A stretch of 64,000 bases of DNA from Centroscyllium fabricii (lineage: Eukaryota), in contig JBNRSN020000005.1 in assembly GCA_051313645.2 (NCBI GenBank), positions 264,740,001 to 264,804,000 on the forward strand, written 5' to 3'. The notes beneath the pieces were generated by a model that saw only the letters and a program-made list of their open reading frames with translations, made no database searches and had not been told where the DNA came from. This document shows positions 28,196 to 36,729 of the stretch, piece after piece. The stretch's first letter is position 1, and every line of letters starts with the position of its first letter. A program made the position numbers and the translations under genes.

Positions 28196-28884
28196 GATTG
28201 ACTCGTCCTCCCGCAGCAGCGACTCTTGTGTAGCTGGTCCAGGAACATTCATTTCATGTGTCTACAATCTCGTGGCCTTAGGGTAGAAATGGACTGAGGT
28301 TAGGAGGGTGAGAAGATCTACATTTACCAAGGTTAGGCAAGGTTCATGGGGTCATGACTGGGCCGTTTATCAGTGATTCCATGTTAATGTACTGACCCTG
28401 ATGACCAGGACCCTGCTGGTTTTATCCCAGCGTTTGCGCAATTGGCTGTTTGTTTAGCAGGTACCTCTCTCTACTTATGAAATACCAGGGTTTTTTTTTT
28501 GTGTATTTGGAATGGTGAACTAAACTGAAAAATATGTTAAATCATGGCTATTCAAGGTGGTCGGTTTGCTAATCTGTTAAAATATAGGTTTAAAACACAC
28601 TTGACACGCAGATTATGGGATTTTTATAGTATAATGTTTTCCAAAATTGTACTTAATGGAAAAAGCACAAATGCTTCCACTTGGTTTGCATGTATCCTAC
28701 TGGAATGGAAGAAATCTGCGATTGACATTGGGAGGGTTATATATAGTGCCGCAGTGTTGCATTAGGCAAAAGCTCAGTGTTCAATGTTTTTTCCAGTCCA
28801 CTTTTTGTTGCATAAGAATTGGACCAAAATAATGTAATTTAAATGCGTAGTTGCTGCACTTTAACAACTGCAATGTTAGCTGCT

Positions 28885-28890
28885 AATAAA
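28885..28890 (+). terminator. Probable MYOF polyadenylation signal AATAAA
   Basis: First AATAAA seen after the MYOF stop, followed by U/GU-rich tgtttcatgtcctttttattgcgtgttgttg. Confidence 0.7.
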
Positions 28891-28923
28891 TCATTTCACC
28901 AGTGCTCTATGTTTCATGTCCTT

Positions 28924-28929
28924 TTTATT
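28924..28929 (-). terminator. Probable CYP26A1 polyadenylation signal AATAAA
   Basis: tttatt on +; first minus-strand AATAAA seen after the CYP26A1 stop (about 560 nt of AU-rich 3'UTR). Confidence 0.65.
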
Positions 28930-29485
28930 GCGTGTTGTTGAACATTCCTGATAAAGGGACGGACACACACATTCTCTCTCTCTCTCGCCATGTATCCTCC
29001 TGATTCATGACCTAGTGCTTGAAACGTACTTGCAATGTTTGCCAGGCAGCCTGTTCTTTAAATTATAATATTTACACTCCAAGGCTTAACATAAATTAGC
29101 AGTCGCATTACAAAGCTACAATGTAGTTAAATAATTCATAATCTAAAAGCAGTGGTTTTGTGAAGATTACAAATACGGTCGTATAAAATAGCTTATTTAC
29201 AGAATTAATAAAGAACAAATGAGCTGTGCGACAGTCAGATTCTACAGTCACTGCAGAAGAACAGGCAAAAACAATTGTGGGAAAAATGTTTCCAACTTCA
29301 AGATCCGGACGAAACTACAGTTTATAAATGGGATTGAAGCGTTTGCCAGTTTCATGACTTCCTGAAGAATATTCCCTTCCCCGCCCCCCACATATTGGTA
29401 CACTGACTGGAACACTACGGGGAAGTCTGGGGGCTGCTAATGTTGAGATGGTGGCTCTGCATAGTCCCGGGGTATTGTGAAAAGG

Positions 29486-29830
29486 TCAGATTGTGTATGG
29501 GAATGGTGTGAATTTTGTGGGCAGGTTGTCCACTGGGTATACGGTGGGGTTGGTTTTCATTGTAGGAGGCCCGTTTAAAAGTTCCCAGTCGCAAGCCCTG
29601 ACCAGCTCCACCGTGAAGATCTTGAGCAGGATCTTGGCAAACTCTTTGCCCACACAGCTCCTGGAACCTCCGCCGAATGGGATGTAGCTGAATCTGCAGG
29701 CATCTTTCTCTGGACAGCCCTCCATGAAGCGATCCGGGTTAAACTCTTCCTTCTTCGAGAAATTTGTGGCTACATCATGTGTGTCACAGATACTGTAAAT
29801 AACATTCCAGCCTTTTGGTATCTGATATCC
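29486..29830 (-). CDS. CYP26A1: CYP26A1 exon 7 (heme-binding motif, stop)
   Basis: tttcag|GGA; GYQIPKGWNVIYSICDTHDVA...FNPDRF...FGGGSRSCVGKEFAKILLK...PVDNLPTKFTPFPYTI*; spliced total 494 aa, all introns phase 0. Confidence 0.97.
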   Translation of the reverse strand, partial: GYQIPKGWNVIYSICDTHDVATNFSKKEEFNPDRFMEGCPEKDACRFSYIPFGGGSRSCVGKEFAKILLKIFTVELVRACDWELLNGPPTMKTNPTVYPVDNLPTKFTPFPYTI

Positions 29831-29904
29831 CTGAAAATGTAATTGACTTGATTATTTTAATGTAATATATTTATCTACAATTTATCACAGTATCAGGATA
29901 GTGG

Positions 29905-30505
29905 GTAGGACATTTAGGACTGAGATTAGGAGAAATTTCTTCATTCAGAGAGTGGTGAACCTGTGGAATTTGCTACCACAGAAGGCCGTGGAGGCCAAAT
30001 CACTATATATTTGAGGAGATAGATTTCTTGACACCAAAGGCACCAAGGGATATGTGGAGAAAGCAGGAATATGGTATTGAGACAGAGGAACACCCATATG
30101 ATCATATTGAATTTTGGATTTTTTCTCCCAAATTGGCTACTGGGTTTTTTATCTAGTTTTTTGCCACTCCCAGGTGATCACATGGGTTTGGGTGGGGTGG
30201 AGAGTTAAAATAAAATTGAGGTTAGGATCAGATCGGCCATGATCTTGTTGGGTGGCAGAGCGGGCTCGAGGGGCCGATTGGCCTGCTCCTATTTCTTATG
30301 TTATGTTAGGACGTTTGAATATGTGGGGTTACGGGGATAGGGTGGGATACGTGTCGGTGCAGGCTCGATAGGGATCGAGGGATATGGGGACAGGGCAGGG
30401 ACGGGGTACTGGGTTTGGATGATCAGCCATGATCTCATTGAATGGCGGAGCAGGCTCGAGGGGCCGAATGGCCTACTCCTCCTCCTATCTTCTATGTTTC
30501 TATGA
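29905..30505 (+). mobile_element. Stack of CR1 3' ends and a SINE tail in CYP26A1 intron 6
   Basis: Repeated GGGCCGAATGGCC..CTCCT motifs and TTCTATG/TTCTTATG tails. Confidence 0.75.
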
Positions 30506-31528
30506 ATGGTGGAGCAGGCTTGAATGGCCAACTCCTACTATTTTTCTGTTTCTACAATCCAGCACTTTTTATAAATTTGGTTGTAAGGATTGTGATATTT
30601 ATACTATCCTGCACCTTAGAATTATTTCACTTCTAAATATAAGATTTCTCTTTTTTTTAAATGTCTGATAAAAAATGTCTGATAAATTAGACGACTGTAC
30701 CCAGGTCATTCCTGATACCTCGAGTGTGTTATTGGAGCCATATGCAGTCCCCATTAGTCGGATGCGGGGTCTAAAGGATGGGCATGGAAGTGGCTGCGAA
30801 TTAATTATCCGATGTTATCGGCCTCTTAATGTAAATGACCTTATGAACTCTTGCTGTCCAGAATCTTCCGATCGTCCAGTCCATCGTTTAAACATAAATG
30901 GGTTAAATCAAATCACGTTCACCGACACCCAACCACCCCCCCCCCCCCCGCCCAATATCTGGACCGAAAAAGCCGGAGGGATGGAACTATAGGCTCGATA
31001 GGGATCGAGGGATATGGGGACAGGGTACTGAGTTTGGATGATCAGCCAGGATCTCGTTAAATGGCGAAGCAGGCTCGAGGGGCCGAATGGCCGCCTCCTG
31101 CTCCTATTGTCTCTGTTTCTATGTAACTAGACCTCCAGTGCCATAGTGCTGCCGGTGCTTCCTCCTGGGCACTCGGTGTCCTCTCAATCGCTGAACTAGG
31201 AGCGGTTAAATTAGATTCTCATGTTGCTTGATTCTGCAGAGGGATTAGTTTGTAGCTTGCGACGGCTGCAGGAATGCCTAATTGTTGCTCATGCAAAGTG
31301 GTGGAGACCCGTTTAAAACCTATTGGATTGTTTCTGATTTAGCGATATTTACGATTACTAATTAAACATTACAAAATCTGGAGGTGTTGTAAAATCAATT
31401 GTGGGATCATTCTGATTTTTTTTTCTAAATGTGCACAAGGCATTGCTTTAGGGTGACTGCTGTAAAGGTTTCAGACGGCTCCAATGTATTACAGAACGCT
31501 TATTTCCAACTCTCAAATTTCCGCTTAC

Positions 31529-31684
31529 ATTTAACACGAAAGTCTTTAGGGCCACGCGGAATCCTCCGGGGACCGGGGGACTGAGTCGAAGAGTTTCTTT
31601 GATGACGCTTCCGGTATACTTAAGTTGTTCCAGGACTTCAATGGTGATTTGTTTGTTCTCTTTAGCGTCGCTGCTCAGTAATCC
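31529..31684 (-). CDS. CYP26A1: CYP26A1 exon 6 (K helix ExxR)
   Basis: ttgcag|GGA...AAT|gtaagc; GLLSSDAKENKQITIEVLEQLKYTGSVIKETLRLSPPVPGGFRVALKTFVLN; 156 nt. Confidence 0.95.
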
Positions 31685-31844
31685 CTGCAAATCCATTGAG
31701 AAGCCACATTTAAAACCAAAAACAAAATCGGGGATTGGTGCTTAAATTACTCTCAATTTGCTGCTAATGGATTTTAGTTGTTGCAGCCCAGGGAATCGGA
31801 TCAAGGGGGATGAATGGGGGGCAGGGAATCTGCGCTGTCTTTAC

Positions 31845-31979
31845 CTGCTCCTGCAATTCCCCTCGGACTTTCTGCAGCACCGCAGGGTGCAGGGCCAGGA
31901 ATGTGACCAGGGAGGTGGCGGTGCTGGCTGTCGTCTCATGTCCTCCGAACAGCAGCTCGGTGGCCGATTCCTTCAGCTC
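31845..31979 (-). CDS. CYP26A1: CYP26A1 exon 5 (I helix)
   Basis: ttgaag|GAG...CAG|gtaaag; ELKESATELLFGGHETTASTATSL...ELQEQ with the CYP26A-type GGHETT; 135 nt. Confidence 0.95.
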
Positions 31980-32348
31980 CTTCAAATCAAAAGGCAGAGA
32001 AAACAAAACACACATCAGGCACGTTCCGAGAGCGCCGGCCCCGAACCTCCTGGATCACTGCGCTTGAAGATGGTCCATGATTCAAAGATTGGCACTGCTG
32101 CGAATGCTCAGCAATGTGCAGCCACCGGGTAGCAGGACCCTGCGCGCACCGAGCCGCTGGCATTTCTCATCTGGACATTGCCGCAGGACGAAGGAAGCCG
32201 GAGTGAGACTCCTCACCGGAATTTAAAGAGAGAAAAACATTTAACCCGTCGTTGCTTTAAAAAATGGTGTATGTTAAGTTTGTTCAACTGCCATGTAAAA
32301 TCAGGAGTTGCGTTAGTTATTGAGCAGTGGTTTGGCTTTGGGGAAGGT

Positions 32349-32782
32349 GCAGTGTTCTGGGGCAATGGGCAGGAGTGGACAGTGTTGTGGGGCAATGGGC
32401 TGGAGTGGGCAGTGTTGTGGGGCAATGGGCAGGAGTGGGCAGTGTTGTGGGGCAATGGGCAGGAGTGGGCAGTGTTGTAGGGCAATGGGCAGGAGTGGGC
32501 AGTGTTGTGGGGCAATGAGCAGGAGTGGGCAGTGTTGTGGGGCAATGGGCAGGAGTGGGCAGTGTTGTGGGGCAATGGGCAGGAGTGGGCAGTGTTGTAG
32601 GGCAATGGGCAGGAGTGGGCAGTGTTGTGGGGCAATGAGCAGGAGTGGGCAGTGTTGTGGGGCAATGGGCAGGAGTGGGCAGTGTTGTGGGGCAATGGGC
32701 GGGAGTGGGCAGTGTTGTGGGGCAATGGGCGGGAGTGGGCAGTGTTCTGGGGCAATGGGCTGGAGTGGGCAGTGTTGTGGGG
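32349..32782 (+). repeat. 30-bp G-rich minisatellite (~14.5 units) in CYP26A1 intron 4
   Basis: Unit GCAGTGTTGTGGGGCAATGGGCAGGAGTGG; variants gtag and tgagc recur with 120-bp spacing. Confidence 0.97.
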
Positions 32783-32822
32783 TGATATTCGGGGGAAGGA
32801 AGGGGTCGGGCAGTATCTTTAC

Positions 32823-32972
32823 CTGTAAACGCAGGGGTTGCTCACTCTTTTCTGAGTGTTCGATCAGAAGCTGCAGAGCATCTTTGAACTGGCCCGTGGC
32901 CTCGCGTTTCGCCACCTTTTTCCTGATGTTCTCTTCGATTTGTGCGTGGATTACATTCCTCGCCTTCAGCCC
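32823..32972 (-). CDS. CYP26A1: CYP26A1 exon 4
   Basis: gacag|GGG...CAG|gtaaag; GLKARNVIHAQIEENIRKKVAKREATGQFKDALQLLIEHSEKSEQPLRLQ; 150 nt. Confidence 0.94.
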
Positions 32973-33130
32973 CTGTCACCAAATAACGGCACACTCTGTC
33001 ACCCCGCTATTGAAAGGTTACATTGTTCAGCCTCCCGTGCTTTAGTCACTATTGGAGCAAAAACCTGCTCTGCCTTTACCCAGCCCCAGTCCCCTCCCTC
33101 CCTCCTTGTAATCTTAACTCCGGATCTTAC

Positions 33131-33415
33131 CCGGTATAAACCGCTGAACGGCACGTCGATGGGCAGTGAGAAGAGGTTGCGAATCATTTCCTCGAAAGCC
33201 TCGATGAGCTGCTGTTGTGTCTGCGGGCTGGTCTGCGTGGGTTCGAAGCCCAACAGGATCCGCATCGCGATCCCGAACATGAGGCGCTTCATCTCGGGGT
33301 AAACCAGCACACACGGCCCGCTCTCCAGCCAACGCCTCAGCCCGGCCCGGATCTCCTCGCCCATCACTGGGATGTAGTTCTCCAGAGCTTCTCGGGAGAA
33401 AGCTTTCAAAATCAC
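33131..33415 (-). CDS. CYP26A1: CYP26A1 exon 3
   Basis: atag|GTG...CGG|gtaaga; VILKAFSREALENYIPVM...LFSLPIDVPFSGLYR; 285 nt. Confidence 0.96.
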
Positions 33416-33599
33416 CTATTCCAAAACAATCCGATTAAACCAGCACCTAGTCCCCTCTTTCAGCATTAAAAATAAACTCAAAACAGTTTTGTATTTTAAA
33501 AAAGAACTTAAAAGACACCACTTTTAAAATTAATGTAATATGCAACTGACTATTAAATGAGCACTTTGGACTCCAGCACTGCCTAATTGACCTTTTCTA

Positions 33600-33909
33600 A
33601 TCATAGAATCCCTACAGTGCAGATAGAGGCCATTCGGCCCATCGAGCCTGCACCGACACATATCCCACCCTATCCCTGTAACCCCACATATTTAATCCCC
33701 CTAACACTAAGGGTTAATTTATCCTGGCCAATCAACCTAACCCGCACATCTTTGGATTGTGGGAGGAAACTGGAGCACCCGGAGAAAACCCACGCAGACA
33801 CGGGGAGAATGTGCAAACTCCACACAGATAGACACCCGAGGCTGGATTTGAACCCGGGTCTCCAGGGCTGTGAGGCAACAGTGCTAACCACTATGCCACC
33901 GTGCCGCCC
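33600..33909 (-). mobile_element. HE1-type tRNA-derived V-SINE, full length
   Basis: Minus: GGCGGCACGGTGGCATAGTGGTTAGCACTG (A box)...GGTTCAAATCC (B box), V-domain TGTGTGGAGTTTGCACATTCTCCCCG, CR1-like tail GATTCTATGA. Confidence 0.88.
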
Positions 33910-34050
33910 CAAATCCTGGGTTAATGCCAATAATCCTGCCGGATTTCCTATTCTTACTCTTAGTTCAGTCTGAGACTCAAAGGCTAGAAGTTTGCAAACT
34001 GCAAGTCGCTTGATAGGCGAAGTCTTTTAGACAGCAACCTTTCTCGGTTA

Positions 34051-34256
34051 TAACACCAGAAGCCGCTGGAGCAACTCAGCAGGCCCGGCAGCATCGGTGG
34101 AGAGAGAAACAGAGTCAACGTTTCCAGTTCTGAAGAAAGGTCATCGAGCTGAAACGTTAACTCTGTTCCTCTCTCCACCGATGCTGCCGGGCCGCCTGAG
34201 CTGCTCCAGCGGCTTCTGTTGTTTCGGATTTCCAGCACCTGCAGTATTTTGCCATC
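34051..34256 (+). mobile_element. Fold-back Penelope-terminus insertion (family A) in CYP26A1 intron 2
   Basis: About 68-bp inverted arms around the hammerhead-like core (34126-34162); 17-bp TSD gcaacctttctcggtta at 34034-34050 and 34257-34273. Confidence 0.85.
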
Positions 34257-34303
34257 GCAACCTTTCTCGGTTAATGGGCCAGATGTGGCCAGTGTGCACT
34301 CAC

Positions 34304-34528
34304 CCTCTTCCTGTGTTTGTGCTCGGCATCGTGCAGGCTGGACAGGCAGCCGGCTCCCAGGATCGTCCTGACCGAAGCGGGCCATTGCACCGACACCAGC
34401 TTGTGTTCACCCAATAAAATGTGCTTCACATTCTCCGCTCCCATGATCCGCACAGTCGGGCTCCCGAAAAGATGCGTCTTGTAGATGTGGCCGTACTTCC
34501 GTACTTTCATCTTCAGGAACTTGTATCT
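34304..34528 (-). CDS. CYP26A1: CYP26A1 exon 2
   Basis: cacag|AGA...AGG|gtgagt; RYKFLKMKVRKYGHIYKTHLFGSPTVRIMGAENVKHILLGEHKLVSVQWPASVRTILG...HKHRKR; 225 nt. Confidence 0.96.
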
Positions 34529-35166
34529 CTGTGAATGGACACAGGTTAATGGGTTAGGTGCGCTTAATACTGGGCGGGGGGACACACTTCTGGGGGTTAG
34601 TCTTCAGGTTGCTGTATAATTTGTGCCATTTCTAAACCTGCGGAAGAAAACGTTTGAAACCGCGTTTCCAATATTTCCGCTGCAGCTTGATACAGTGATA
34701 GCCCCGCGTCAAATTTCCAGCCAGGCTAACCTGGCGCACGGTGCGAAATCAATCAGTTTGGCTGCCATTCAAACAAGCCAAGTTGCTGTTGTTTTCCGCC
34801 CAGCGACGCTTGCTGTTAAATGCCTGCTCTCTTATTAATGACGACACCCTGGGATACAATTCTCAAAGATACTGGACGCCTCAATCAGAGCTGAGCAGTG
34901 CCTACCTGTTTTCTCTCCCACGATTGCAATTTGTTCTGATATGATCGCAAAATACTGCCGATGCTGGCTGACCTGCCGAGTTTCTCCAGCGTTTTCTGTT
35001 GTTGTTTTTGCAATGTGTTCTCATCCTCTCTTTTCTAAAAAGACATTTTCTATTCTTATTGTCAACTTTACCGCTTCGCTCTCGGAGGAAGGCGCGGATT
35101 TTGACATGGCCCCCTAAATTTGGGGGGAAAAAGTCGGGTTATTTTGAATTAAGTGTACCTCCTCAC

Positions 35167-35355
35167 CTGCAGGACCAGCTGGAGAGTCTCTCCCAGGAAC
35201 GGCAGCCCCATGGAGCCTGGAGGGAGGGGGTTTTCACAGCTGGGGTCCCTTCCACTTATACAGTAAACTTCCCACAGCTTCACCGCGGCCAGGAAGAGCG
35301 ACAGCGGCAGCACGAAAGTGCACAAGAAAGTAGCACAAAGTGTAAATAAGACCAT
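35167..35355 (-). CDS. CYP26A1: CYP26A1 exon 1 (coding part; N-terminal anchor and proline-rich hinge)
   Basis: ATG at 35355-35353; MVLFTLCATFLCTFVLPLSLFLAAVKLWEVYCISGRDPSCENPLPPGSMGLPFLGETLQLVLQ|gtgagg; 189 nt. Confidence 0.96.
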
Positions 35356-35477
35356 TTTAACAGCCGCAGGACCTGCTCTCAGTTTTTCCCTCAGGACCCC
35401 CTCAGCCTGAAAGTGTTGCTGTGCTGAGGATGAGGCGAGTGCGGCTCCCAAGTACTCCCACCCCAGGTTCAAGCCTC

Positions 35478-35483
35478 TTTATA
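35478..35483 (-). promoter_or_regulatory. CYP26A1 TATA box (TATAAA)
   Basis: tttata on +, about 125 nt upstream of the ATG and about 45 nt from the proximal RARE. Confidence 0.8.
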
Positions 35484-35526
35484 ACCACTCCAGGTCTCAG
35501 CCCCTCTTACCTTGGTCAGTTAAATT

Positions 35527-35543
35527 AGTTCACACAAAGTTCA
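35527..35543 (+). promoter_or_regulatory. Proximal DR5 retinoic-acid response element (R1)
   Basis: AGTTCA cacaa AGTTCA inside aattaaagatgaactttgtgtgaactaatt (minus reading), nearly identical to the recalled vertebrate R1 context (TGAACT ttggg TGAACT flanked by TAAT/ATTA). Confidence 0.93.
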
Positions 35544-35883
35544 TCTTTAATTGTGTAGATTGTGCCATCCCCTCTGACTCCGCCTGTTTCAGTGACGCTG
35601 CCCAAAACTATTTAACCCATTGTTAGCCAGAAGTGACAGCATGAGTTTCTGCTCACCTCGATTTCTGATCCAGCCTGTGATACGTGGCTTGGGAGACTGT
35701 GAAATATTTGGCGGGGGGGGGGGGGGGGGGGAGGAGCTCAAGTGTATGGAAACGATCATTGCGGTCAGAAGGGAGGAGAGCACATTACAGCTCATCAATG
35801 CTGGGCGGGGATACCTGTCTGAGAGAAAAGTACTCCATTCTTTATAGTGCCTCCGTGGCTCAATGTAATTGTTTTATTAAGTT

Positions 35884-35964
35884 TAAGAAGTCACACAACA
35901 CCAGGTTATAGTCCAACTGTGTGACTTCTTACATTTGTCCACCCCAGTCCAACACCGGCACCTC
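35884..35964 (+). mobile_element. Collapsed family-B fold-back remnant upstream of CYP26A1
   Basis: taagaagtcacaca...tgtgtgacttctta plus the family tail gtccaccccagtccaacaccggcacctcc. Confidence 0.75.
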
Positions 35965-36712
35965 CCTTATGATATACATAACCCGCAGATTGGCAACTGG
36001 CCCATAGACTGTGAGTGGTCACATTTACATTTACATTGACCCCGCTTGCGTTGTATTGAACGATTTTAGAAAATCACGCCTTAAATTGAAGATTGTACTA
36101 GACTTGTCACGTTGACTCCGGTCGCACCTAATCATGTAATAAAATGTCTAATGGCCACGTATATCAGGACACGAACAACGTGACGCCTCTGTGGATATTT
36201 AAGAATGTAAATCTGAGAAGTTATTTAGCAGAGCTGAAATCGGCTCATCTCGATCGTGCGTTGAATATAGTTCAAAAGTTACGGTTAATAGCGGATGCCC
36301 CGTGGTCACCTCGGCTCGCCCATCTCCACCAGGATCACATGCTGTGATAATGGGCTGGACCTGAGATGTAATAACACATTCAGGGTGCGATTTTTTTAAA
36401 GTATTCCGCACGATTTCCTGGTAAAACCCGGGCTGAGGGTCCAAGAGTTTTGTTGTGGGTGGGTTCGTGCCTCCGCCCGCCCCTGGTTCCAAGGGCCCTG
36501 GCTGATGTGAAGATGAATTATGTCATTGTCGTGCAGCCAAAGTTTCGCGTTGACGTGGCGCAGGGGCTGAGTGACAGTCCTCTAGAATAACAGCCTGGCC
36601 TGGTGTTCACCCCCGACTGCAGATTAAACCGCGCCTCTGGGTAACTGTGAGAACATAACTACAACGTCATTCAGATGCGAATTCCTAAAATTATGATCCC
36701 GTGCTAGCTGGA

Positions 36713-36729
36713 GGTTCAAACCCAGGTCA
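36713..36729 (+). promoter_or_regulatory. Additional consensus DR5 RARE
   Basis: GGTTCA aaccc AGGTCA, a perfect RGKTCA-N5-RGKTCA about 1.3 kb upstream of the TSS. Confidence 0.6.

Noticed and set aside
32213-33045. Long ORFs (180-241 aa) with Cys/Gly/His repeats
   Set aside because: By-product of a 30-bp stop-poor minisatellite in CYP26A1 intron 4; open in several frames.
35356-35472. N-terminal extension of CYP26A1 in ORF 35149-35472
   Set aside because: Begins at a non-ATG codon right beside the TATA box; the homologous start is ATG 35355.
35711-35731. Long G/C homopolymers (also 12755, 23348, 30936)
   Set aside because: Common simple runs with unreliable length; a role as a G-rich promoter element cannot be supported from sequence alone.
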